Assembly: GCF_013149785.1 (NCBI RefSeq)
Contig: NZ_JABEZU010000003.1
Span: 434,001 to 498,000, forward strand
Direction of reading: 5' to 3'
DNA length: 64,000 nucleotides
From: Isoptericola halotolerans
Lineage (GTDB): Bacteria > Actinomycetota > Actinomycetes > Actinomycetales > Cellulomonadaceae
The translations under genes were made by a program, and so were the position numbers. Below, one piece after another: positions 10,236-19,234 of the stretch. The notes below the pieces were generated by a model. The model saw nothing but the letters and a program-made list of their open reading frames with translations, was not told the DNA's origin and ran no database searches. Within the stretch, counting starts at the first letter, position 1. Every line of letters begins with the position of its first letter.

Positions 10236-11162
10236 ATGACCACGACGGCGGACCCCACCCCGGCTCTCCCCCCGGCCCTCGCCGACGACGCCGCGGACTC
10301 CCCTGCCGAGCCGACGCCGCTGCGCACCTCGCGCCCTCCGGCGCTGTCCCCGTCCCGGGCGTCGGACTTCCTGCAGTGCCCGCTGCTGTTCCGCTTCCGG
10401 GCGGTGGACCGGCTGCCGGAGCCGCCGTCGTCGGCCGCGGCACGCGGCACCCTGGTGCACGCGGTGCTCGAGCGCCTCTACGACGCACCGCTGGGCGAGC
10501 GCACCCGCGAGGCGGCCCTCGACCTGCTGCCCGGCGAGTGGGACCGGCTGGTCGAGGCCGAGCCGCGCTACGCGCAGCTGTTCCAGCCCGACGGGGACGC
10601 CGCGGACCAGCCTCTCGGGTCGTGGCTGGACGGGGCGGGACGCCTGCTCGGCACCTACTTCACGCTCGAGGACCCGAACCGGCTGGAGCCCGAGGCGCGC
10701 GAGCTGTACGTCGAGAGCAAGCTGGACGACGGCCCCCTGCTGCGCGGGATCGTCGACCGGCTCGACGTGGCACCCGACGGCGCGATCCGGGTCGTGGACT
10801 ACAAGTCGGGCCGCTCGCCACGCCCCGGCTTCGAGGGCAAGGCACTGTTCCAGATGCGGTTCTACGGACTGGTCGTCTGGCGCGAGCGGGGCGTGCTGCC
10901 CAAGATGCTGCAGCTCGTCTACCTCGGTGACGGCCAGGTGCTGCGCGCCGAGCCGAGCGAACGCGAGCTCGAGGTGACCGAGACGAAGATCCGCGGCGTG
11001 TGGGACGCGATCACGACCGCCGCGCGACGCGGCGAGTTCGTGCCCCGGCCGAGCAAGCTGTGCGGCTGGTGCGCCCACCAGGAGCGCTGCCCGGAGTTCG
11101 GCGGCACCACCCCACCCATCCCGGAGGGAGCGCTCCGCGCCCGGCTCGGCCTCGACGTCTGA
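10236..11162 (+). CDS. RecB-family PD-(D/E)XK exonuclease with Cys motifs (Rv2119-like)
   Basis: LSPSRASDFLQCPLLFRF, GTLVHAVLE, LRGIVDRLD, VVDYKSG, QMRFY, LCGWCAHQERCP. Confidence 0.92.
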   Translation: MTTTADPTPALPPALADDAADSPAEPTPLRTSRPPALSPSRASDFLQCPLLFRFRAVDRLPEPPSSAAARGTLVHAVLERLYDAPLGERTREAALDLLPGEWDRLVEAEPRYAQLFQPDGDAADQPLGSWLDGAGRLLGTYFTLEDPNRLEPEARELYVESKLDDGPLLRGIVDRLDVAPDGAIRVVDYKSGRSPRPGFEGKALFQMRFYGLVVWRERGVLPKMLQLVYLGDGQVLRAEPSERELEVTETKIRGVWDAITTAARRGEFVPRPSKLCGWCAHQERCPEFGGTTPPIPEGALRARLGLDV

Positions 11163-11176
11163 CGGCCGGGCCGGCC

Positions 11177-11863
11177 TCAGACCAGCTCGAGCACCTCGCC
11201 GGCCGCCAGCCGGCGCAGCACGACGAGGTCCACGTCGGCGAGGCTCGCGGCGCGGCTGAGCCCCTCGCGCGGCTCGACCGGCAGCACCGCCTCGACCCCG
11301 AGGGTGCGCGCACCGGATGCCATCGCGGAGCCGATCCCGGCCGGCGAGTCCTCGATGGCGACACAGTCCTCGGGACGGACACCGAGCCGGCGCGCCGCCA
11401 CCAGGTAGGGCTCGGGGTCGGGCTTGCCCCGCGTGACCTGGTCGCCCGTGACGAGCGTGGCGAAGGCACCCGGCACGTGGGCGGTCACCGCCTCGGCCAG
11501 GACGGTGTAGCTCATGGTCACCAGGGCGCAGGGCACGCCCGCCTCGTCGAGCGCGGCGAGCAGCTCGCGGGCACCGGGGCGCCACGGGACGCCGTCGTTG
11601 ACCTGGGCGGTCACCCTGGTCAGCAACCACGTGACGATCTCGGCCACCGGGAGGTCGACCCCGGCGTCCCGCAGCACGGCAGCCGAGACCTCCAGCGGGT
11701 TGCCGACGAGCTGGAGCGCCTGCGCGTGCGTCCAGGTCCCCCCGTGCGCGGCGACGAGCTCGTGCTCGGCGGCGATCCAGTACGGCTCGGTGTCGACGAG
11801 GGTGCCGTCCATGTCCCACAGGACGGCGGCGGGCAGCATGGTCGGCGAGGCAGAGGCAGGCAC
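11177..11863 (-). CDS. HAD-family phosphatase
   Basis: WDMDGTLVD, GKPDPEPY, IEDSPAG. GTG 11863 follows TACGAT-N6; ATG 11839 is an alternative start. Confidence 0.9.
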   Translation of the reverse strand: MPASASPTMLPAAVLWDMDGTLVDTEPYWIAAEHELVAAHGGTWTHAQALQLVGNPLEVSAAVLRDAGVDLPVAEIVTWLLTRVTAQVNDGVPWRPGARELLAALDEAGVPCALVTMSYTVLAEAVTAHVPGAFATLVTGDQVTRGKPDPEPYLVAARRLGVRPEDCVAIEDSPAGIGSAMASGARTLGVEAVLPVEPREGLSRAASLADVDLVVLRRLAAGEVLELV

Positions 11864-11964
11864 CGCACCATCGTACGGAGCCGTCGCCCGGCACCCCACC
11901 CAGCCCCCGGCCTGGTGACCGCGACCGCCCCCGGTGGGGCGCGCGGGCTGTATAGGCTTGCCAG

Positions 11965-12837
11965 ATGAGCACGGAGCAGCCGGTCGGCCGCCACACCGCA
12001 CGTCAGACCGTCATGATCGCTGCCTTCGAGGGCTGGAACGACGCCGGCAGTGCCGCGACGGGCGCCCTCGAGCACCTCTCGGAGGTGTGGGGATCGTCAC
12101 TGCTGCGCGAGCTCGACCCGGAGGAGTACCACGACTTCCAGGTGAACCGCCCGGTCATGACCACCGCCCCGGACGGACGGCGCATCATCACCTGGCCGAC
12201 CACCACCGTGTCCGTCGCCGACCTGCCCGACCGGCGGGTCGTCCTGGTCCACGGCATCGAGCCGTCGTTCCGCTGGAGGTCCTACTGCCGTGAGCTGCTG
12301 GACCTCGCCGAGGAGCTCGAGGTACAGACGGTGGTCACGCTCGGAGCGCTGCTCGCCGACGTCCCCCATACCCGGCCGATCCCTCTGACCGCCACCACCG
12401 AGAGCCCCGGCCTGCAAGCGGTCCTCGACGTCGAGCCGAGCACCTACGAGGGGCCGACCGGCATCGTCGGCGTGCTGCAGCACGAGGCGGCGGCACGCGA
12501 CTTCCAGTCCGTCTCCCTGTGGGCGGCCATCCCCCACTACGTCGCGAACCCGCCGTCGCCGAAGGCGACGCTCGCCATCCTGGCGCGGGTCGAGGAGCTG
12601 CTCGCCGCGGCGGTGCCGCTCGGGGACCTGCCGGAGGACGCCGAGGCCTGGCAGCACGGCGTCGACGAGCTGGCCGGCGAGGACGCGGAGATCTCCGAGT
12701 ACGTCCAGCAGCTCGAAGAGGCCAAGGACACCGCCGAGCTCCCCGAGGCGTCGGGCGACGCCATCGCCCGCGAGTTCGAGAGATACCTGCGCCGTCGCGA
12801 CCACGGGCCCGGCCGGGGCAGCCCCGACAAGGGCTGA
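11965..12837 (+). CDS. PAC2 (proteasome assembly chaperone-like) family protein
   Basis: AAFEGWNDAG, DPEEYHDFQVNRP, LGALLADVPHTRP, WAAIPHYV, GDAIAREFERYL. Confidence 0.92.
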   Translation: MSTEQPVGRHTARQTVMIAAFEGWNDAGSAATGALEHLSEVWGSSLLRELDPEEYHDFQVNRPVMTTAPDGRRIITWPTTTVSVADLPDRRVVLVHGIEPSFRWRSYCRELLDLAEELEVQTVVTLGALLADVPHTRPIPLTATTESPGLQAVLDVEPSTYEGPTGIVGVLQHEAAARDFQSVSLWAAIPHYVANPPSPKATLAILARVEELLAAAVPLGDLPEDAEAWQHGVDELAGEDAEISEYVQQLEEAKDTAELPEASGDAIAREFERYLRRRDHGPGRGSPDKG

Positions 12838-12874
12838 ACCGGGACCCGTCCGCGAGCACCCGCGGACGGCCTCG

Positions 12875-14164
12875 TCAGAGCCGGACGCCCAGCAGGGCGT
12901 TCACGGCACGGGCCACGACCCCGGGCGCGCCCTCGTCGTCGTCCGCGGTGTCACGGCCCGGTGTCAGGGCGTGGTCCGCCCACGCGTCGACCGCGGCGAG
13001 CGCCCGCGGGGCGTCGAGGTCGTCGGCCAGCGCCGACCGCAGCTGCGCGAGCAGTGCGTCCGCCGCCGGAGCGCCGTTGCCCGACACGGCGGCGCGCCAG
13101 CGGTCCAGCCGCTCGCACCCCGCCTTGAGGATGATGTCGGTCCACTCCCACTCGCTGCGGTAGTGGTGCGCGAGGATGCCGAGCCGGACGGCCATCGGGT
13201 CGACGCCGTCGGCGCGCAGCGCGGACACCAGCACGAGGTTGCCGCGCGACTTGCTCATCTTGTGCCCCTGGTAGGCGACCAGCCCGGCGTGCACGTGCGC
13301 CGTCGGCGCAGCCTGCGGCCCGGCGAGCATCCGGGCGTGGGAGACGGACATCTCGTGATGGGGGAACAGCAGGTCGGATCCCCCGCCCTGGACGTCGAAG
13401 GGCAGGCCGAGGCCGTCACGAGCGATGACCGCGCACTCGACGTGCCAACCGGGCCGCCCGGTCCCGAGCACCCCGGCGTCCCACGCCGGCTCGCCGCTGC
13501 GCTCGCGGCGCCACAGGAGCGGGTCGAGAGGGCTTCTCTTGCCCTCGCGACCGGGGTCGCCGCCGCGCTCGGCGAAGAGCTCCGCCATCTCGGTCGCTCC
13601 GAGGCCGGAGACCGAGCCGAACGCCGGGTCCGCGGCGAGGTCGGCGTACACGTCACCGAGCTCGGGCGACGCGCCGCCCGCACCCGGCTCCAACGGCACC
13701 CGGTACGCGGTCCCGTCGGCGAGCATCTGCTCGACCGCACGGGCGATGGGCCCGACGTACTCCACCACGCCGGTCCACGGCTGCGGCGGGACGACACCGA
13801 GCGCCGTCATGTCCTCGGCGAAGAGCGCCGTCTGCTCGCGCGCGAGGTCGCGCCAGTCGACGCCCGTCGCCTGCGCACGCTCCAGCAGCGGGTCGTCGAC
13901 GTCGGTGACGTTCGAGCAGTAGGTCACCCGCTTGCCGGCGTCCAGCCACGCCCTGTGCAGCAGGTCGAAGGCGACGTAGGTGGCAGCGTGCCCGAGGTGG
14001 GTGGCGTCGTACGGCGTCACCCCGCACACGAACGAACGCGCCGTGTCGCCCGGAGCCGGGTCGACGAGGACGTCCGAGGTCGAGTCGTGGACACGCACCA
14101 CGGGGCGACGGCCGTCGGCCGGCGCGGGCAGCTCGGGGATCTGTGGGGAGGGCCAGGGATGCAC
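12875..14164 (-). CDS. mshC: Cysteine:GlcN-Ins ligase (mycothiol biosynthesis)
   Basis: CGVTPYDATHLGH, NVTDVDDPLLERA, GRPGWHVEC, GGSDLLFPHHE, KMSKSRGN. Confidence 0.96.
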   Translation of the reverse strand: MHPWPSPQIPELPAPADGRRPVVRVHDSTSDVLVDPAPGDTARSFVCGVTPYDATHLGHAATYVAFDLLHRAWLDAGKRVTYCSNVTDVDDPLLERAQATGVDWRDLAREQTALFAEDMTALGVVPPQPWTGVVEYVGPIARAVEQMLADGTAYRVPLEPGAGGASPELGDVYADLAADPAFGSVSGLGATEMAELFAERGGDPGREGKRSPLDPLLWRRERSGEPAWDAGVLGTGRPGWHVECAVIARDGLGLPFDVQGGGSDLLFPHHEMSVSHARMLAGPQAAPTAHVHAGLVAYQGHKMSKSRGNLVLVSALRADGVDPMAVRLGILAHHYRSEWEWTDIILKAGCERLDRWRAAVSGNGAPAADALLAQLRSALADDLDAPRALAAVDAWADHALTPGRDTADDDEGAPGVVARAVNALLGVRL

Positions 14165-14182
14165 GGTGCCAGGCTACCGGCG

Positions 14183-15055
14183 TCAGGCGGTGTGACCGGA
14201 GTTTGGTTCGAGCACCCCGGTCAGCAGCAGGACGACCACGAGTGCTGCCAGGGCGTAGCGGTAGTACACGAACGGCTTGTACGAGAAGTTGGACACGATC
14301 TTGAGGAAGCCGATCAGCACCACGTACCCCACGACGAACGCGATGACGGTGGCCAGGAGCGTCATCGCGACCCCCGCGGTACCCGGGGCGGCCACCCCGC
14401 GGGCAGCACGGGCCAGCTCGTAGGCCCCCGAGCCCATCACCGCCGGGATGGCGAGGAGGAACGAGTAGTCCGCGGCAGACTTGCGGGAGAAGCCCATCGC
14501 CAGGCCGGCGGTGATCGTGGCACCCGACCGTGAGACGCCCGGGATCAGCGCGAGGACCTGCGAGAACCCGAAGCCGGCAGCGCGCCGCGGCGTCATGTCG
14601 TCGAGCTCGAGCCGACGCGAGGAGTACGCGTCGGCGATCTGCAGCAGGACACCGAAGACGACCAGGCTCGCGACGGTGAACCACAGGTTGCGCATCGTGG
14701 TCTCGATGTGGTCGGCGAACAGCACGCCCGCCACGACGATCGGCACCGAGCCGATCGCGATGAACCAGGCCATCCGGGCGTCGAGGTCGTGCGCTCCCAG
14801 GCGCGCACGCCAGTCTGGGCCGTGGTCGCCCCGCAGCGACGTCCACCAGGCGACGCAGATGTCCCGGATCTTGCGCCGGTAGTAGAGCAGCACGGCGATC
14901 TCAGTGCCGATCTGCGTCACCGCCGTGAAGACCGCGCCGGGGTCGGCGCCACCGATCAGCTCGCCGACGATGCGCAGCTGCGCACTGGACGAGACGGGCA
15001 GGAACTCTGTGAAGCCCTGCACCAGGCCGAGGAGGATCGCTTCCCACGCACTCAC
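14183..15055 (-). CDS. uppP: Undecaprenyl-diphosphate phosphatase
   Basis: LGLVQGFTEFLPVSSS, ALIPGVSRSGATI, SFLLAIPA. Confidence 0.95.
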   Translation of the reverse strand: MSAWEAILLGLVQGFTEFLPVSSSAQLRIVGELIGGADPGAVFTAVTQIGTEIAVLLYYRRKIRDICVAWWTSLRGDHGPDWRARLGAHDLDARMAWFIAIGSVPIVVAGVLFADHIETTMRNLWFTVASLVVFGVLLQIADAYSSRRLELDDMTPRRAAGFGFSQVLALIPGVSRSGATITAGLAMGFSRKSAADYSFLLAIPAVMGSGAYELARAARGVAAPGTAGVAMTLLATVIAFVVGYVVLIGFLKIVSNFSYKPFVYYRYALAALVVVLLLTGVLEPNSGHTA

Positions 15056-15136
15056 GGGCGGCAACACTACCCGTGCCCAGGACCGTTCCGGCGCGGGACG
15101 CTCCTGGTCGCAGGGCGCGCCGGTAAGGTGCAGCGC

Positions 15137-16108
15137 ATGGAACGACGGCAGGTGGGCACCTCGGGGCTGCGCGTCTCCTCCCTGGGGCTCGGGACCATGA
15201 CCTGGGGCCGGGACACGGCCGTCGACGACGCCTCGGCCATCCTGCGGTCCTTCGTCGACGCGGGCGGGACGCTGGTCGACACCGCGGCCTCCTACGGTGA
15301 CGGGGACGCCGAGCGCCTCCTCGGCGAGCAGCTCGCCGGCACCGTGGCGCGCGACGAGCTCGTGCTGTGCACCAAGGGAGGCGTGCGGCACGGGCCCGAC
15401 GGACCACGTCGCGACGCGTCCCGCGGCGGTCTGCTCGCAGACCTCGACGGCTCGCTGGCGCGTCTCGGTGTCGACCACGTCGACCTCTTCCTGGTCGCCT
15501 GCCCCGACCCGACGACGCCGCTGGAGGAGACGATCTCGGCGCTGCGCCTCGCGGTCACCTCGGGCCGGACCCGGTACGTCGGCCTGTCGAACGTCCCGGC
15601 GTGGACGGCGGCACGTGCCGCCACCCTCCTGGAGGCGGCCGAAGGCATCGGCCTCACCGCCCTGCAGATGGAGTACTCGCTGCTGCAACGAGGCGTGGAG
15701 CGCGAGACCGTCCCCGCCTCCGCCTCGCTGGGTCTCGGGCTCCTCGCCTGGTCGCCGCTCGGGCGCGGGGTGCTGACCGGCAAGTACCGGCGGGCGGTCC
15801 CGGTCGGCTCTCGGGCCGCCTCGGACCACCTCGCCGGGTTCGTCGGGCAGTACCTGGAGGACGGTGACGCGGCGGCCGTCGTCGAGGCCGTCGCCACGGC
15901 TGCCGAAGGGCTGGGGCGGTCACCGCTGGAGGTCGCCCTGGCATGGCTGCTGGCGCGCCCGACCGTCGCCTCCGCCGTGGTGGGGGCACGCACTCCCGAA
16001 CAGATCGCCGGGACGATCGGAGCGCTCGACCTGAGCCTGCCGGGCGAGGTGCACGCCGCACTGGACGACGTCTCGGCACTGGTACCCGGCTACCCCGAAC
16101 GCTGGTAG
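15137..16108 (+). CDS. Aldo/keto reductase
   Basis: GLRVSSLGLGTMTWG, DTAASYG, YVGLSN, QMEYSLL, WSPLGRGVLTGKY. Confidence 0.92.
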   Translation: MERRQVGTSGLRVSSLGLGTMTWGRDTAVDDASAILRSFVDAGGTLVDTAASYGDGDAERLLGEQLAGTVARDELVLCTKGGVRHGPDGPRRDASRGGLLADLDGSLARLGVDHVDLFLVACPDPTTPLEETISALRLAVTSGRTRYVGLSNVPAWTAARAATLLEAAEGIGLTALQMEYSLLQRGVERETVPASASLGLGLLAWSPLGRGVLTGKYRRAVPVGSRAASDHLAGFVGQYLEDGDAAAVVEAVATAAEGLGRSPLEVALAWLLARPTVASAVVGARTPEQIAGTIGALDLSLPGEVHAALDDVSALVPGYPERW

Positions 16109-16117
16109 CCGAGCGAC

Positions 16118-16408
16118 TCAGCGTCCGTCGTCGTCGTCCTCGTCGTCGTCGCTCTCGTCGTCGTCGCTCTCGTCGTCGTCGCTCTCGTCGTCGTCGTCCT
16201 CGTCATCGTCCTCGTCGAGGTAGAAGGGGGTGACCTCGGTGTACACCTGCGCCAGGGCGTCCTCGTACACCTCGAAGGCGTCGGCGAGCACCTCGTAGGC
16301 GTCGTCGACGGCGGGGTCCTCGTCGCCGCGGCGCGAGGACACCGCGTGGTAGTGGCCTTCGAGAGCAGCGACGAAGCGGTCCAACGCGGCACGCGGGTCT
16401 GCGGTCAT
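16118..16408 (-). CDS. Small conserved actinobacterial protein with Asp/Glu-rich tail
   Basis: MTADPRAALDRFVAALEGH...LADAFEVYEDAL; TACCGT-N6-ATG. Confidence 0.8.
   Translation of the reverse strand: MTADPRAALDRFVAALEGHYHAVSSRRGDEDPAVDDAYEVLADAFEVYEDALAQVYTEVTPFYLDEDDDEDDDDESDDDESDDDESDDDEDDDDGR
16141..16185. repeat. 3 x 15-bp in-frame tandem repeat (encodes ESDDD)
   Basis: cgtcgtcgtcgctct three times. Confidence 0.9.
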
Positions 16409-16481
16409 GCTCTGACGGTAGCGCCATGAGGGGCACAATGGGCACACGAAATCGCCGGACGGTCACCTGGGAGGCGAAGGC

Positions 16482-16688
16482 ATGGCATCGACCTGGCGCA
16501 AGCACGGGCAGTACGAGTACCGCGTGGTCACGATCGACCGGGGCACGTCCGTGCCGGACGCACGCCGGATGCTCACCGACGAGGCGGAGTACGGGCGCTG
16601 GGAGCTGGCCCGCAGCCGCCTCTACCTGGGCGGCGAACGCCGGGTGTGGCTGCGGCGCAAGATCATCAAGGCGACCTCGACCCTGTGA
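16482..16688 (+). CDS. DUF5703-family protein
   Basis: YEYRVVTI...LTDEAEYGRWELARSRLYLGGERRVWLRRKI; SD GGAGG. Confidence 0.85.
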   Translation: MASTWRKHGQYEYRVVTIDRGTSVPDARRMLTDEAEYGRWELARSRLYLGGERRVWLRRKIIKATSTL

Positions 16689-16720
16689 CGGACACGTCGT
16701 GACGGACACGTCGTGACGGA
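16685..16720. repeat. 14-bp tandem repeat (2.6 copies) at a stop/start junction
   Basis: gtgacggacacgtc gtgacggacacgtc gtgacgga. Confidence 0.9.
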
Positions 16721-17492
16721 GACCTTCCGCAAGTCCCGGGAGGACGCCCCGCCCGGGTTCTTCGAGACCGAGGCGGCCGGTCTGCGCTGGCTCGCCGTCG
16801 ACGGCGGACCCCGGGTCGCGCGGGTGCTCGACGTCGGTCCGGACCACCTCGGCCTGGAACGGCTCGCCCCCGCGAGCGCCACGCCGTCGGCCGCCCGGGC
16901 TCTCGGCCGGTCGTTGTCCGCGATGCACGACGCCGGAGCACCGGCGTTCGGTGCCCTCCCGCCGGGGGCCGCGACCGGCTTCTTCGGCCCGCTGGACGAT
17001 CCCTTGGAAATGGTCGCCGGGTCCTGGTCCGACTGGCCCACGTTCTACGCCGAGGCACGGCTCCGGCCGGTCCTCGGGCAGGGGCGACGCCGCGGGGTCT
17101 TCGACGACGACGACGCCCACGCGTTCGCGAAGGTCTGCGAGCGCCTCCCCGAGCTCGCCGGCCCCGCCGAAGCTCCCGCGCGGCTGCACGGGGACCTGTG
17201 GTCGGGCAACGTGCTCTGGGCACCCGGCGCGGAGGGTGGTGGGGAGGCCGTGCTCATCGACCCGGCCGCGCACGGTGGACACCGCGAGGCGGACCTGGCG
17301 ATGCTGGCGATGTTCGGCGCGCCGCACCTGGACCAGATCCTCGACGGGTACACCGAGGCACGCTCGCTGGCACCCGGGTGGCGGGGCCGCCTGGGACTGC
17401 ACCAGCTCTATCCGCTGGCAGTGCACGCGGTGCTGTTCGGCGGTGGGTACGTGGAGACGACCCGCAGGCTCCTGGCCGACCTGGGGGCCTGA
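16713..17492 (+). CDS. Fructosamine kinase family protein
   Basis: FETEAAGLRWL, LHGDLWSGN, LIDPAAHGGHREADLAML, HQLYPLAVH. Confidence 0.92.
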   Translation: MTETFRKSREDAPPGFFETEAAGLRWLAVDGGPRVARVLDVGPDHLGLERLAPASATPSAARALGRSLSAMHDAGAPAFGALPPGAATGFFGPLDDPLEMVAGSWSDWPTFYAEARLRPVLGQGRRRGVFDDDDAHAFAKVCERLPELAGPAEAPARLHGDLWSGNVLWAPGAEGGGEAVLIDPAAHGGHREADLAMLAMFGAPHLDQILDGYTEARSLAPGWRGRLGLHQLYPLAVHAVLFGGGYVETTRRLLADLGA

Positions 17493-17495
17493 CGG

Positions 17496-18839
17496 TCAAC
17501 AGGTGGACAACAGCCGGTCCAGGACCCGGGTACCGAACCGGAGGGCGTCGGTGGGGACGCGCTCGTCGACACCGTGGAACATCCCGGCGAAGTCGAGGTC
17601 GCCGGGCAGCTGGAGCGGCGCGAAGCCGTAGCCGGTGATCCCCAACCGGGCCAGGGACTTGTTGTCGGTGCCGCCCGAGAGCGTGTAGGGCAGCACCGCT
17701 GCTCCCGGGTCCTCGGCATGCAGGGCGTCGACCATCGCGTCGACCAGTCCGCCGCTGAACGGCACCTCGAGCGAACGGTCGGTGTGGATCGGCTCGATCC
17801 GCACACGCGGACCGGCCAGCTCGCGCAGGACACCCATCGCCTCGGCGTCATGGCCGGGCACGGTGCGCATGTCGAGCGTCGCCGACGCCGTGCCCGGGAT
17901 GACGTTGGCCTTGTACCCGGCGTCGAGCTGAGTCGGGTTGGTCGTGTGACGCACGGTGGCTCCGACGAACTTGGCGGCCGGCCCGAGGGCGGCGACGAGC
18001 GCGTCCACCTGCTCCGGGTCGGCGCCACCGGCGGGGTCGAAGGGCAGGCCCGTGAGGTCGGCCACCCCCCGCAGCAGCCGCTCCACCGTGGGGGTGAGCG
18101 TGTACGGCCAGGCGTGCTTGCCGATCCGCGCGACGGCCGCGGCGAGCTCGGTGACGGCGTTGTCCTGGTTCACCTGAGAGCCGTGCCCGGCCCGGCCGTC
18201 GGCCACCAGCCGCAACCAGGACAGGCCCTTCTCTGCGGTCTGGACCAGATACGCGCGCCGACCGCCCACGTCCACGGAGAACCCACCCACCTCGCTGATC
18301 GCCTCCGTGGCGCCCTCGAAGAGCTCCGGGTGGTGGTCGACCAGCCAGCGGGCACCGAGCACCCCGCCGGCCTCCTCGTCCGCGAACATCCCGATGACGA
18401 CGTCACGCGCAGGACGCCGTCCCTCGCGGACCATCTGCCGCACGACCGCCAGGATCATCGCGTCCATGTCCTTCATGTCGACCGCGCCACGGCCCCACAG
18501 CATCCCGTCGATCTCCTCCCCCGCGAACGGGTCGACGGACCAGTCCGTCGCCGCAGCAGGCACGACGTCGGTGTGCCCGTGGAGCACCAGGGCCGGACGG
18601 CTCGGGTCGGCACCGGCGAGCCGAGCGACGACGGAGGTCCTGCCCGGCGACGACTCGTGCAGCACCGGCTCGAGGCCGACGTCGGCGAGCAACCCGGCGA
18701 CGAGCTCGGCGGCCTTGCGCTCCCCCGGGCCCTCGTTCTGCCCGTAGTTCGAGGTGTCGATCCGCAGCAGGTCCTGACAGATGCCGACGACCTCGTCCTC
18801 CGCGGTGAGGTGGGGCGGGTCGGTTCGTGGAGAGGTCAC
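17496..18839 (-). CDS. M20/M25/M40 metallopeptidase
   Basis: LHGHTDVVP, GRGAVDMK, ADEEAGG, ISEVGG, SGGTDNK, FHGVDER. Confidence 0.94.
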   Translation of the reverse strand: MTSPRTDPPHLTAEDEVVGICQDLLRIDTSNYGQNEGPGERKAAELVAGLLADVGLEPVLHESSPGRTSVVARLAGADPSRPALVLHGHTDVVPAAATDWSVDPFAGEEIDGMLWGRGAVDMKDMDAMILAVVRQMVREGRRPARDVVIGMFADEEAGGVLGARWLVDHHPELFEGATEAISEVGGFSVDVGGRRAYLVQTAEKGLSWLRLVADGRAGHGSQVNQDNAVTELAAAVARIGKHAWPYTLTPTVERLLRGVADLTGLPFDPAGGADPEQVDALVAALGPAAKFVGATVRHTTNPTQLDAGYKANVIPGTASATLDMRTVPGHDAEAMGVLRELAGPRVRIEPIHTDRSLEVPFSGGLVDAMVDALHAEDPGAAVLPYTLSGGTDNKSLARLGITGYGFAPLQLPGDLDFAGMFHGVDERVPTDALRFGTRVLDRLLSTC

Positions 18840-18878
18840 GGGCCTACGGTACCCAGGCCACGGAAGGGCAGGAGCCGC

Positions 18879-19121
18879 GGCTACGCAGGCATCGTCGCGC
18901 CCGACGGCGAGGGCGAGGTCGGTGGGCTCGACGAGGACCGGGAGCCTGGACGCACCGGTCCCCTCGTCCTGCTGTTCTCGGACGACCTGAACGCGACGGC
19001 ATCGGCAGTCACGCGAGCCGGTGGCCAGGTCGTTGCCGGACCGTACGAGTTCCCCGGTGGCCGACGCTTCCACTTCACCGACCCTGCCGGCAACGAGCTG
19101 GGAGTCTGGGCGACGCGCTGA
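18879..19121 (+). pseudogene. 5'-truncated VOC/glyoxalase family remnant
   Basis: GYAGIVAPDG...GGQVVAGPYEFPGGRRFHFTDPAGNELGVW* with no start codon and no N-terminal third; only about 40 bp from the divergent M20 start. Confidence 0.75.
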
Positions 19122-19150
19122 GCCTGAGCCAGTGGATCCGGGTCAGGGCC

Positions 19151-19162
19151 TGAAACGTTTAC
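19151..19162. promoter_or_regulatory. Candidate LacI-family operator upstream of the LPMO
   Basis: TGAAACGTTTAC, with a perfect AAACGTTT core in a GC-rich context. Confidence 0.45.
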
Positions 19163-19234
19163 GCGCCTGTCCGCAGCGGCTGCCGTCGGGCACTGTCGAG
19201 GCGACCTCGTCCGCACCGAGTGAAGGAGCTCGAC

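Noticed and set aside
10236..11162. Cas4-like nuclease as a CRISPR component
   Set aside because: It is the stand-alone RecB-family gene normally found near trmI/arc.
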